Shown here one piece after another: positions 23,059 through 32,895 of a stretch of 64,000 bases of DNA. The position numbers were made by a program, and so were the translations under genes. Each line of letters starts with the position of its first letter. The stretch's first letter is position 1. Below the pieces are notes generated by a model, which did no database searches, had not been told where the DNA came from, and saw only the letters and a program-made list of their open reading frames with translations. The DNA is from Sedimentisphaerales bacterium (GTDB lineage: Bacteria; Planctomycetota; Phycisphaerae; Sedimentisphaerales; SM23-30). Location: assembly GCA_963663965.2 (NCBI GenBank), contig CAXXFK010000006.1, positions 32,001-96,000 on the forward strand, read 5' to 3'.

Positions 23059-23934
23059 ATGAAACGTCTTTGCGTCCTGATCGTGCTGGTTTGTCTGGCG
23101 CCAGTGGCCCGGGCCTGGCATGGCGAAGGGCATCAGGTGATTACACAAATCGCGGTGCGGCATCTCCCTGGGGAAATGCCCGCTTTTTTTCGTGAAGGCG
23201 CTCTGACGATCGCCGATGCTTCCCTGGATCCGGATATCTTTAAAAAACCGCTTTGTGCCGATGAACTCCACGCGACGGAATACCCCGAGCATTTCCTCGA
23301 TCTGGAATTACTCAAAGGCAATCCCTTGCCGGCCAATCGTCAACAATTTACCGAGTTGTGTTTTCGCATCGAGGCCCGGCCGGACAAGGTCGGCACACTG
23401 CCCTGGGCCATTCTCGAAGGCCAGCAACGGCTGGCAGTCTGTTTTGCCGAATATCGCCAGTGGCCCGAAAATCCGCTGGTACAGGCCCGCACCTTGATTT
23501 ATGCCGGTCTGCTGGCCCATTATGCCCAGGATCTCTGTCAGCCGCTGCATACCACGGTCAATTATGATGGCATTGTTCACCCCGATGGCGCCAAATTGCA
23601 TAAGGGAATCCACCGGAATGTCGATGCCCTGCCCGGCAAATTCAGCGATCCAAACTCAATAGGATTGCCTCCCATGGAATCGATTCAGTCGGATGTATTG
23701 GGCGCCATCAAGCGGCAGTTGATGGATAGCCATCAGCTGGTTTCCGAGTTATACCGGCTGGCGGATTCGATTCCAGCACAAAAGGATCCTATTGTACCGG
23801 ATAGCGCCGCCGATGCGCTCACTCGTCAATATATTACCTGTTCCGCCAGTTTTACTGCCCAACTGTATTGGGCCGCCTGGCAGCAATCCGAAACGATCGA
23901 AATACCCGCCTGGCATTGTCGCCAGGCGCCATGA
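23059..23934 (+). CDS. Secreted S1/P1 nuclease / Zn-dependent phospholipase C-like protein
   Basis: Signal peptide ending ARA-W, mature N-terminus WHGEGH, PD, HFLD, HYAQDLCQPLH, IH. Confidence 0.8.
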   Translation: MKRLCVLIVLVCLAPVARAWHGEGHQVITQIAVRHLPGEMPAFFREGALTIADASLDPDIFKKPLCADELHATEYPEHFLDLELLKGNPLPANRQQFTELCFRIEARPDKVGTLPWAILEGQQRLAVCFAEYRQWPENPLVQARTLIYAGLLAHYAQDLCQPLHTTVNYDGIVHPDGAKLHKGIHRNVDALPGKFSDPNSIGLPPMESIQSDVLGAIKRQLMDSHQLVSELYRLADSIPAQKDPIVPDSAADALTRQYITCSASFTAQLYWAAWQQSETIEIPAWHCRQAP

Positions 23935-23951
23935 AATTATGGAGAAGCCTT

Positions 23952-25145
23952 ATGAAACAGTTAATGATTATACTGATGATGCTGATGTTGGCTATTTATG
24001 GTTGCAAACGGACCACTGAACCGGAAACCGGGCCGCAGGATCAAACCCCGACGCCATCAACCCATACACCGGAAACAATAGAAACGCCAGCGCCGGTGGA
24101 TGCCGACGATTCTAAAACAGAGGAAACAACGGTCTCCGAACCGGAAAGCGGTCAGATCGGCTGCAAAGCGACTCCCCTGGATGGTCTGGAATGGGTCAAA
24201 GGCCAGCCGGTAACCATCACTCCCGGAAATATCTATGTTGTGGAATTCTGGGCGACCTGGTGCGGTCCCTGTCGGACCAGCATCCCACATCTGACCGAAT
24301 TACAGAAAAAATACGCTGATCGCAAAGTGACCTTCGTCGGGGTTTCCAATGAAACACTGGACGAGGTGAAGCCGTTTGTTGAAGAACAAGGCGATAAGAT
24401 GAATTATGCCGTGGCGATCGATCCGGATGGTAAAGTGAACGCCGGGTATATGGAAGCTTTTAAAATAGGCGGGATTCCGAATGCGTTTCTGGTGGATGCC
24501 AGTGGGCATATCGTCTGGCAGGGTCATCCGATGGGGGATCTGGAGTCGGTTCTGGAACAGGTGTTGGCCGGCAATTTCGATTACAGGGCTTATGAAAAAA
24601 AGAAGCAGGATGAAATTGCCGAGCGTCAGGCTGCGATTAGAAAGGCCCAGGAAGAATTTGACAATGCAATCGCCGCGATGGACGCGTTAATCGAAAAAGA
24701 GCCCGCCAATCCCGCTCATCGGGTCAAACGGGCCGAAACCTGGCTGGGGGAAAGTTTCGTTACCGATTTGCGCTACCGTCCGGAATATCTGATGAAGGCC
24801 CTGGAGGATTATAAGACAGCCTTGGCCCTGGATCCGCAGGATCCTCTGAAAGTGGCTGACGATATTGCCTTCTTTAAGGCCTGGCAGGGGGCCGAAGACG
24901 CCAGAATCCCGGCGTTGAAAGCCTTTGTTGAGCAATATCCGGACAGTATCCGCAGTCCTTTTGCTCACTATGCCCTGTATTATGATGCGCGTACCAAAGG
25001 AAACCTTCAGGAAGCGGTCGATCATCTTAGTGTTATGGAAAACGCTAAATTAAGCGAGGGGTTTGCCACGTTTGTCGTTAAAACGAAAGAACAGTTGGTT
25101 AACCAGATTCAAAATGTTCAGGAGAATGCCGGACAGGTTGAATAA
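23952..25145 (+). CDS. TlpA-like thiol-disulfide oxidoreductase lipoprotein with helical/TPR-like C-terminus
   Basis: Lipobox IYG-C, EFWATWCGPC, GIP; GGAG RBS. Confidence 0.85.
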   Translation: MKQLMIILMMLMLAIYGCKRTTEPETGPQDQTPTPSTHTPETIETPAPVDADDSKTEETTVSEPESGQIGCKATPLDGLEWVKGQPVTITPGNIYVVEFWATWCGPCRTSIPHLTELQKKYADRKVTFVGVSNETLDEVKPFVEEQGDKMNYAVAIDPDGKVNAGYMEAFKIGGIPNAFLVDASGHIVWQGHPMGDLESVLEQVLAGNFDYRAYEKKKQDEIAERQAAIRKAQEEFDNAIAAMDALIEKEPANPAHRVKRAETWLGESFVTDLRYRPEYLMKALEDYKTALALDPQDPLKVADDIAFFKAWQGAEDARIPALKAFVEQYPDSIRSPFAHYALYYDARTKGNLQEAVDHLSVMENAKLSEGFATFVVKTKEQLVNQIQNVQENAGQVE

Positions 25146-25187
25146 ATCAATCTCAGTTTAAGAAGCGGATGAGAATAAGCCGTGGGA

Positions 25188-26222
25188 TTAATCATCCTGC
25201 GGCTTTATTTTCGAGCGGGGCAACTGACCGGCCAGCAACTGACCGATGGGTTTGAGCGTGTCAAATTGCATCAGAATAATCCGGATAATAGCCGTGATAG
25301 GCATGGCCAGCAGCATGCCGATAATCCCCCAGAGCAATCCCCAGAACGATAGCGCCAGTACAATGGTGACCGGATGAAGATTCATTCCCTTGCCCATGAG
25401 TTTGGGCTCAAGAATATTGCCGATGGAGATCTGAATGATCCCGGGGATCACGAGGACCCCGGTTATCATCCAGGGATTGTCGTATTGGGCGAACGCAATG
25501 GGCAATGGTAACAAGGTGGCAATAATCGAGCCGATTGACGGAATGAAATTCAATAAAAATACGAACAGGGCGAAGACACCCGCCAGTTGTAGCCGAAACA
25601 GCAACAGGATGATCCATACTCCAATAGCCGTGGCCAGAGAGACCGCGAATTTGGTGGCGATATAGCGCCGAACCCGGGTATCCACTTCGGCATAAATGCC
25701 TTCCTGGATCGCGTAAGGATTGCGGCCGGCCAGCAGGAATAATACAAAAATCGTAACCAGGGTTAACACCGACAAAACGCTCATTAAGGATCCAAACGAG
25801 TTGCCGATCAGACCTGGAATGAGACTTTTTAATTCCTCGGTGAGCATTTCTTTGTTCAAATCGATTCCCATGGTTCCCAGTTTGTCCAGCCCGGTGCGAA
25901 TCAGCCGGGTAAAATCTTCACTGTAGGATCCGGCTGTGGTAATAATCGATTGAAACGATATCATAATGACCAGGCAGATCGTCGTAATGACGATGAATAC
26001 GGCCAATAAAGTTACTGTCAGTGCGATCGAACGGGGAACTTTGTACTTGATGACCTGTAGATCCAGCAAAGGACTGGCCAGTGAGGAAATAAACATCGCC
26101 AGCACAAACGGCACCATGAACGGACGGGTAAAATAGAGTATGAATCCCAGCGCCAGTGCCGCCAGAATCACAGTAGATCCGGTAATCAGCCAGACGGCCT
26201 CTTTACGAAATTGTGATATCAT
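25188..26222 (-). CDS. AI-2E family transporter
   Basis: LNFIPSIG, GNILEPKLMGKGMNLHP, FWGLLWGIIGMLLAMP. Confidence 0.9.
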   Translation of the reverse strand: MISQFRKEAVWLITGSTVILAALALGFILYFTRPFMVPFVLAMFISSLASPLLDLQVIKYKVPRSIALTVTLLAVFIVITTICLVIMISFQSIITTAGSYSEDFTRLIRTGLDKLGTMGIDLNKEMLTEELKSLIPGLIGNSFGSLMSVLSVLTLVTIFVLFLLAGRNPYAIQEGIYAEVDTRVRRYIATKFAVSLATAIGVWIILLLFRLQLAGVFALFVFLLNFIPSIGSIIATLLPLPIAFAQYDNPWMITGVLVIPGIIQISIGNILEPKLMGKGMNLHPVTIVLALSFWGLLWGIIGMLLAMPITAIIRIILMQFDTLKPIGQLLAGQLPRSKIKPQDD

Positions 26223-26246
26223 ATCTTGTCCTCAAAGGTGGTTGAC

Positions 26247-26603
26247 TTAGCCGAACCACTTGTGCATCCAGTTTTCCAGAGGGGAACCAAATATCTGTTC
26301 ATGGGCCTGTTGAAAGGCTTCCTGAGAGCAGATACTGCTTTGGATCATTTCTTCCTGATACAGCCACCAGCCGCTGGGCTTCTGTTGCCAGATGAGCTTC
26401 AGGGCGCAAAGAAATTCCTGTCGGCTTGCCAACCCCGGCAGGTTGTCGCGCCAGCCGATGCGAAATCCGTTTTGCTGTAACAGGTCTTTCTGGGCTTCCC
26501 GTTGACGCCGGACACCACGCAGCATGAAGCTGACCTGATCGGGAGCGGCCCCGTGGCTTTGCAGGCGTAATAGTTTTTCCAGATTATCCAGTGAATCTGC
26601 CAT
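26247..26603 (-). CDS. Hypothetical protein
   Basis: 118-aa ORF tightly packed in a minus-strand run; no family recognised. Confidence 0.5.
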   Translation of the reverse strand: MADSLDNLEKLLRLQSHGAAPDQVSFMLRGVRRQREAQKDLLQQNGFRIGWRDNLPGLASRQEFLCALKLIWQQKPSGWWLYQEEMIQSSICSQEAFQQAHEQIFGSPLENWMHKWFG

Positions 26604-26626
26604 AATAGGTTAGGTATCATACGGAA

Positions 26627-27355
26627 TTAACGGGCCGGATAACCCGCCGTGGACATATAAAGTACGCTCTCATCAATGCCGTCTACCTGAAGCAGATCGT
26701 TAATCCGGTCATCAAACAGCGCTGCGATCTGACAACTGCCCAGTTCGAGGTTTTCGCAAGCCAGCGCCAGATTCTGGGCGATATGGCCGGCATCCAGATA
26801 AACATAACGATAGGCGCGCTGCCGGTATTTCCATTTGCTGCGCGGGAACACGCCCGTCCAGATGAATACGGCCGCGGCATCCGCGCACATCCGCTGTCCC
26901 AGCGCCGCGTTGGCCACAATACAACGCAGGTCATCCTGCCTTAATAAATGCAGGCCATGTTCAAAAACACCGTAATGATAAAGTCCTCGTTCCAGTTCGG
27001 CGATGTTATTGGCAACCAGGTAAGTTTCTACTGGATAAAGGGCGCCGGCCGATGGCGCGGTTCGCAAGGCGTATCCCCGGGTTTTTAATGTCACTCCATT
27101 GGCAGCCCATAACAAATAGGATAACGATTCCAGACTCAGCGCCCGGTTACGGTAATCCCTGATGCTGCGGCGCCGGCGCAAGAGCTCGGAAAGGGAATGA
27201 TCCTGAACCTGAGGGACCGGCGGCAAAGGAATGAATGCAGCCTCAGGATAATGCTTGCAGGGCTCGGGCTGACGCGACCAGTCCAGGGGTTCACGTGGGA
27301 GCGTATCAGGGCTGTATTTCGATAAACGCTGAAATTCGTCGCCGTAATGGGACAT
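26627..27355 (-). CDS. SagB/ThcOx-like nitroreductase family FMN protein
   Basis: RRRSIRDY, RTAPSAGALYP, KYRQRAYRYVYLDAGHIAQN. Confidence 0.9.
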   Translation of the reverse strand: MSHYGDEFQRLSKYSPDTLPREPLDWSRQPEPCKHYPEAAFIPLPPVPQVQDHSLSELLRRRRSIRDYRNRALSLESLSYLLWAANGVTLKTRGYALRTAPSAGALYPVETYLVANNIAELERGLYHYGVFEHGLHLLRQDDLRCIVANAALGQRMCADAAAVFIWTGVFPRSKWKYRQRAYRYVYLDAGHIAQNLALACENLELGSCQIAALFDDRINDLLQVDGIDESVLYMSTAGYPAR

Positions 27356-27379
27356 CGCTGCTGGTTTCCATTATGCCGT

Positions 27380-30121
27380 TCAGTGTGCCGTATCCATCGC
27401 CTGGGTATCATCCGACGATTCATCTTTGGCCTTGGCTTCTTCGGTGAGTTGTTTGATCCGGTCGCGTAATTGTTCGATTTGCTGCCTCAGGGTGTCGATG
27501 ATCTTGTCTTTTTCCTGCTGCTGTTGCCGGGTGCTCTGGCTTTCTTTAACGGCGGTTTCGACTTTCTTCCGTAAGGCGTCGGCTTCCTGTTCGGCTTTGG
27601 CGATGGTGGCTTTAAGTTGGGCCTGGATCTGCTCAACCTGAACACGAGTCTTTTCACTGAGTGTCTTTAAATCGCCAGTTTCTTTTTCTTTCGTCTGAAG
27701 TTGTTCTTTTAATTGCGCGGCTTCCGCGGCAGCTTTATTCAGGGCGGCCTGCAATTGTTCTTTTAACACCGCCACTTGTTGTGTCGTTCGGTCGGCCAGG
27801 CTCTTTAGTTCCTGCTTTTCCTGGGTGGTGACATTGGTTTTATCCTGCCAGGTTTTCACCTCTTTCAACCGTTCTTCCAGTTGATTTCGAAGTTTGGTTA
27901 TTTCCTGATTCAGTTGCTGACCGGATTGTTCTTTGTCTTTAGTCGCCGTTTGTAATTGTTTGGCCGAAGTCTCAAGCTCGGCCTGCAATTGCTTGATTTT
28001 TGCCTCGGCCATTTCATGAAGACGATTCTTTTCGTCCGTGGCGCTTTTCAGTGCGGATTCCATTTTCTTCAGGTTCTGCTGCAACTCATTGAGCCGGTTT
28101 TGATTCTGTTCGCCGGCGCTGTTTTTTTCCTGGGTTAAGGTCTCATTCTGTTGCCGCAAAACCTGAAGTTCCGACTCAAGTTTTTGATTGGCCTGGGCCA
28201 GCGCTTCCTGTTCATTCTTGAATCTTTCCGCCGTTTCAGTCAAATCCATTTCCAGTTCATGGATCCGATTGGCGCTTCGTTCACCGGATTGATTTTTTTC
28301 CTGTAAAATGTCTTCATGCTTTGCTTGCAGGTTTTTAAGTTCGACTTCCAGTGCTTGCCGGATTTTTGTGGTTTCAACCAGTTTGGCCTGGGTGTCAGCC
28401 AGTGTCTTATTGGTTTGGTCCAGTTTGGTCTGCAGGGCCTGACTGTTGCCGGATTCTTTTATTTCCTTTTTTAACTGCCCGATTGCCGCTTGCAGTGCTT
28501 TAATCTCTGCTTCCAGCCGGGATTTCTCTTCCATGACGCGGTTCAGTTTTTCGACCATATCCCGGCATTCCATTTCCAGCCGTTCCGCTTTTTCTTTGGT
28601 CTCCAGACTCCGCTGGGATGATGCTGAAACTTTCTCCATCATGCCGTGAATCTGCTGATTGATTTCATTTTGAATCCGTTCGATCTGAGCGCCCAGCCGT
28701 TCGCGAATCTGTTCGATCTGCTGACGGGTTTTTTCAATATCGCCGTGCGCCTGCCCCGATACCTCTTCCAGCCGGTTCAGTTGTTCGGCCAGATGCGATG
28801 TCTGGTTCTGGATGTCATTGGCGCGATCGGTCAGTTCCTTAACCACATCCCGGGCATGCTGCAATTGACCGGTGGCCCATTCCCGAATGTCTCGTTCAGA
28901 AATCTCCAGCCGCTGATGTAATCCATCAAACCGTTCGTTTTGCTTGTCAAACTGCCGTTCAAATTCCTGGATCTGGCGGCCAAACTGTTCTTCCATCGCG
29001 CGGGATTTTTCCTGAAGTTTTTCCAGTTCCGCGCGGGCGCCTTCCTGCAGTTTCTGGATGGCGTTCTGAATCGAAGCCAGCCGTTCTTCCAGTTCTTGCT
29101 GTTGGGCTTGCGTTTGCTGCCGCAGATCCGCCACGGCAGTATCCACCTTTTCAAACCGGTGATCGTTAGTCAACCGACTGGTTTCCGCCGTTAACCGCAG
29201 ATCTTCCAGGCGTTGACGCATATCGCCGAAGGTCATGTCCACTTTCTCGACCGTTTTTTCGATCTGGTCGAGGCGGTTGCCCAGGTCCGCGTTCCAGTCA
29301 TCCAGTTCATCGATCCGCCGACCGGCATGGCTTGCGTCTTCACGCAAAGCCTGCATATGTTCCCGCAATTCATTCATCTGGCCATTTAACGCCTCGCGCG
29401 CGTCCGCCAGTTGCTCGACCATCTGTTGACGCATTTGATCGTTTTGTTCATTGAGGACTTTCTGAATTTCACCGATCATGGCGTGTTGTCGTTCCGCCGC
29501 TTCCCGGATCGAATCGGCGATTTTTTCAATGCGTTGCGCGTTGCGTTCCTGCGTTTCCGCCAGTTGGGCTTCGAATGCCGCACGGGTTTCATCCAGTCTG
29601 CCAGACAGGGCTTTCTGTTCTTTCGTCAGAGTTTTGACCGAGCTGGACAATTCTTTGTCTTTGGCGTTCAAACGGGCCACCGCGTCTTTCATTTTGGCAG
29701 CCAGTTGTTCGCTGCGTTCCATCAATTCATCATCGCGCTGCGCCTGTTCCGTCAGACGGGTGGTGTTGGCGGTGATCGCCTTTTCAGCGCCCGCCTGCCA
29801 GCCGGCCATCTGCTCTTTATCACGTTCGTGGCGCGTGATCATTTCTTTCAAAGCAGCATCCTGATTCCGGTCATATTTCTCAGAATCCAGAACGGAGCGA
29901 TCCAGTTTTTTGTCTGTGGTTGTTATTTGCACGGCCAGTTCATCCCGTTCCCGCTGGGCTTCATGCAGCGTTTCCTGGGTATAGTCCTGATGAACCTGCT
30001 GTACCTGCATCTGACCTTGCAAATCGGATATCTGGTTTTGCAAATTCATGATCTGGTCGTTGTAGCAACCTGTCAATACGGTTGCAAGGATGATGGATAT
30101 TAGCGCGCTGAAATATTTCAT
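27380..30121 (-). CDS. Very long coiled-coil lipoprotein (913 aa)
   Basis: GGAGG RBS, lipobox LTG-C; remainder Q/E/K/L/A-rich, proline-free heptad-like sequence. Confidence 0.75.
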   Translation of the reverse strand: MKYFSALISIILATVLTGCYNDQIMNLQNQISDLQGQMQVQQVHQDYTQETLHEAQRERDELAVQITTTDKKLDRSVLDSEKYDRNQDAALKEMITRHERDKEQMAGWQAGAEKAITANTTRLTEQAQRDDELMERSEQLAAKMKDAVARLNAKDKELSSSVKTLTKEQKALSGRLDETRAAFEAQLAETQERNAQRIEKIADSIREAAERQHAMIGEIQKVLNEQNDQMRQQMVEQLADAREALNGQMNELREHMQALREDASHAGRRIDELDDWNADLGNRLDQIEKTVEKVDMTFGDMRQRLEDLRLTAETSRLTNDHRFEKVDTAVADLRQQTQAQQQELEERLASIQNAIQKLQEGARAELEKLQEKSRAMEEQFGRQIQEFERQFDKQNERFDGLHQRLEISERDIREWATGQLQHARDVVKELTDRANDIQNQTSHLAEQLNRLEEVSGQAHGDIEKTRQQIEQIRERLGAQIERIQNEINQQIHGMMEKVSASSQRSLETKEKAERLEMECRDMVEKLNRVMEEKSRLEAEIKALQAAIGQLKKEIKESGNSQALQTKLDQTNKTLADTQAKLVETTKIRQALEVELKNLQAKHEDILQEKNQSGERSANRIHELEMDLTETAERFKNEQEALAQANQKLESELQVLRQQNETLTQEKNSAGEQNQNRLNELQQNLKKMESALKSATDEKNRLHEMAEAKIKQLQAELETSAKQLQTATKDKEQSGQQLNQEITKLRNQLEERLKEVKTWQDKTNVTTQEKQELKSLADRTTQQVAVLKEQLQAALNKAAAEAAQLKEQLQTKEKETGDLKTLSEKTRVQVEQIQAQLKATIAKAEQEADALRKKVETAVKESQSTRQQQQEKDKIIDTLRQQIEQLRDRIKQLTEEAKAKDESSDDTQAMDTAH

Positions 30122-30134
30122 GGCTGCCTCCTGG

Positions 30135-30815
30135 TTATGGGGTCACAATCTTGTCTGAAGGTTGATGTTGTTTAGGCGTAACAGGGATCGACTCAATCGT
30201 TGAAGAGCGAAGACGGTCCGCATGACAAAATGAACAAAGATACTCCTCCTCGCCATTGCTGTTCCTGGTTAGCTGCAAATCAGCCGGCTGGGTTTCCCGG
30301 CCGCAGCTATCGCAGAAAAAACGGCTGGAGTTGGGCGATGGGGTGCTCAGGTCGGTTGGAAAGTAGTTAATCAGCCTGGCGACCAGTTCGCTACGCATAT
30401 GACGCGTGACCGGTGAATCCCAGCGTCTCATCCGAATGAAAAACCGGATCAGATAGCCAATGACCACCAGATTAATGATAAGAAAGAGAAATAAAAATGC
30501 CTGCATGCCCGGCGTTAATTGTCCGAGCAAAAGTGAAATGCTTAAACCGGTAAAGGTCAAAAATAAATACTCGCACATCACCCAGACAATCAACATTAAT
30601 GAGGAGTCACCGCTCTGGCGGATTCGAAAGATTCCGAAACCGGTTACTCCCATCAGCACCAGTGTAATTATGACCAGCATCAGATAGGCATATTCGACCG
30701 GTAACGCCTGAACAATCCATATGCTGCCAACAACATAGGGTAGCAGACACACGATGACAAGAATCTCCCAGAACAGTTCTTTGACCATCGTCACCGCTCT
30801 CTCAATTCGAATCAT
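30135..30815 (-). CDS. Hypothetical membrane protein with C-terminal Zn-ribbon
   Basis: 4 hydrophobic segments followed by CDSC...CSFC. Confidence 0.6.
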   Translation of the reverse strand: MIRIERAVTMVKELFWEILVIVCLLPYVVGSIWIVQALPVEYAYLMLVIITLVLMGVTGFGIFRIRQSGDSSLMLIVWVMCEYLFLTFTGLSISLLLGQLTPGMQAFLFLFLIINLVVIGYLIRFFIRMRRWDSPVTRHMRSELVARLINYFPTDLSTPSPNSSRFFCDSCGRETQPADLQLTRNSNGEEEYLCSFCHADRLRSSTIESIPVTPKQHQPSDKIVTP

Positions 30816-31074
30816 CCGCGCGATTCTGATAAGGCTTGATTTTATAAAGTGCGTTCATCAATATCCCGGTTTTATTTATCAGGACCGGTTTCCAGTTTTG
30901 CCGGTTTGAATCACTGGTTATGCCGATAAATCATCAAAACGTTATTAGTCATTATATGATAATGGTTTCAGATAACTTTGGCCATAACATTCTTAAATAG
31001 CTTATTTGACAAAATGCACGCTGTAACTTGCTATAAAACAGAGTGTTACAATACGAGGAGATGCCCGGCTGAGT

Positions 31075-32532
31075 TTAATTGTCAAAGACAAGATTCTTGA
31101 TAAACGCATTGGTCTGAATAGCCGTTTGGGATAAGGCGGTTATAATTCGCCCGTTTGCACGGACATTCCGGCAGGTAATATTGGTAATATTGTCCTGGTC
31201 ACTGGCGCCGCTCAATTGGTTTCCAATGTCACTGGCATCGCAATTCAAGGTGATATTCTCCATACTCAAATCGGCTACCCGGCAGATTTCGGCATCACTG
31301 TCCAGTCGATCCGGTAAAACAATGTTGATCAATCCGGAATGATCCAACATGCAATTTTGAATAACAATGTCATCGAGAATACCTCCGGTGGGCCGGGCCG
31401 AAATAAATCCCATTTCACTGTTACTCAGACTATGCAGATTTTCCACGACGATATGATGCACTGACTGATGACTCAGGCGACTCAATACCAGATCGCCACC
31501 CATGCGTCCGGTTCCCCACAGCAATGATTTGCGGATCGTGACATTTTCAATTCTGTCGTCAATCCGATTTATCGTAGCATTTAAACCGGCTTTGTTTTTT
31601 TTATCCAGGTCGGCAAAAACAATTCGATCCCGGTTGCTGGCAATGACACAATCCTCTACGGTAATATTCTGTCCGTTGATATGAATCCCATCGCATCCTT
31701 CTACTCCTGCTCCATATAATTTCAGGTTCCGAATCTCGCCGCCGGCACAACCATCCAGATCCAACTGACAACCCGGACTTGAAATAATACCAATGCCTTC
31801 AATTCGGAAATTCTGGCAATCTCGCAAAACAATGCCGGCCTGATCCGTTTTCTGATCCGGCACGCTGGCGCCCGCGGCAAAATCCTGCGCCAGTACCCCT
31901 CTGCCCAGTATGGCGACATCGCGATAACCTCGCGCTTCGATAGTCGCTTCCACGACGGCGCCGGCTTCAAGGTACACTGTTTTAATCCCGTTCTGAAATG
32001 GATCCCATCTCTCGCCCATGCGATGAATGCCCGGTTCCAGGTATAGCACACTCGCATCATGATGGCTGGAATGTTTTTGGGTGGGCATTTCAGCCGAAAC
32101 GATTAAATCGTGTGTTCCGCCAATCAGCAGATCCGCTTCGAAGATAAACTTGCATGGCTTATTCAGGGTTACTTGTAATTTTTCATCGGCTATTTGTCGG
32201 ACCGCTCCGGGCTCCGGTTGAAGTGTCCAGCTTTTTATCGGACTGGCCGTTCTCAATTCCACCGTGACCGGATCGGTCATGGCAAAACTGCAAAACGAAA
32301 CACCCCGGCCGGAAAACCCATTCCCGTTAATTTCCCGGCCATGATAGACGAAGGCATTTTCGCCGTTGACCAGCAGATCGAACCAGGCTGATTCGTTCAA
32401 GCCTTCCACCTTGGATAAGTCACCTGGCAGTGGGTAAAGCACAACTCCCGGTTTTGACTGTTCAGTATGGACGCACCCGCTGACCAGAATCACGCATCCA
32501 ACTATGAGCACTGGAATATAGATGTACCGCAT
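31075..32532 (-). CDS. Lipoprotein with right-handed beta-helix (GH28/GH49-like pectin-lyase fold)
   Basis: Lipobox VSG-C, LYLEPGIH, VYLEAGAVV, ILGRGVL, DGIH, repeated I-x-N-I-x-x-x-N patterns. Confidence 0.65.
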   Translation of the reverse strand: MRYIYIPVLIVGCVILVSGCVHTEQSKPGVVLYPLPGDLSKVEGLNESAWFDLLVNGENAFVYHGREINGNGFSGRGVSFCSFAMTDPVTVELRTASPIKSWTLQPEPGAVRQIADEKLQVTLNKPCKFIFEADLLIGGTHDLIVSAEMPTQKHSSHHDASVLYLEPGIHRMGERWDPFQNGIKTVYLEAGAVVEATIEARGYRDVAILGRGVLAQDFAAGASVPDQKTDQAGIVLRDCQNFRIEGIGIISSPGCQLDLDGCAGGEIRNLKLYGAGVEGCDGIHINGQNITVEDCVIASNRDRIVFADLDKKNKAGLNATINRIDDRIENVTIRKSLLWGTGRMGGDLVLSRLSHQSVHHIVVENLHSLSNSEMGFISARPTGGILDDIVIQNCMLDHSGLINIVLPDRLDSDAEICRVADLSMENITLNCDASDIGNQLSGASDQDNITNITCRNVRANGRIITALSQTAIQTNAFIKNLVFDN

Positions 32533-32810
32533 TGAAGTATCTCCAATTTTTAATAGGTCGCAGTTGCGAATCATTCAAATCCATTTGTTGAGCCTGCGAA
32601 TTTCAGACGGTTATCCTGTTCGCTTATTTCATGAAATTAACTGTAAGAAATCAGGGGTAATAAAGCAACACCTTTACCTCCTGATCGATAAAATCCATCT
32701 TTATATGTTAAAGTTGCAATTTTATTAACTGATACCGATTATCAGATCAGCCGGTCGGTGACAGAGGCAGATTTTAATGAGGAATATCCCTTGCATATAA
32801 TGGGTTTCGG

Positions 32811-32826
32811 CTACTATATGTTGTAT
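32811..32826 (+). promoter_or_regulatory. Candidate NrdR box
   Basis: ctaCTATATGTTGTat resembles the NrdR consensus acaCwAtATaTwGtgt; no clear tandem second box. Confidence 0.3.
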
Positions 32827-32895
32827 GTTTCAGACAACAAGACTCTGTTAACAATCTCAGAATGTCTTGTATAACTGATGATTCAGGAGTATGTT

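Noticed and set aside
26627..27355. SagB-like dehydrogenase as a sign of a thiazole/oxazole RiPP cluster
   Set aside because: No YcaO or precursor nearby; stand-alone SagB-type nitroreductases are common, and it lies over 20 kb from the rSAM cluster.
27380..30121. SMC protein or phage tape-measure call for the coiled-coil protein
   Set aside because: No Walker motifs or hinge, it has a lipoprotein signal, and there are no phage genes nearby.
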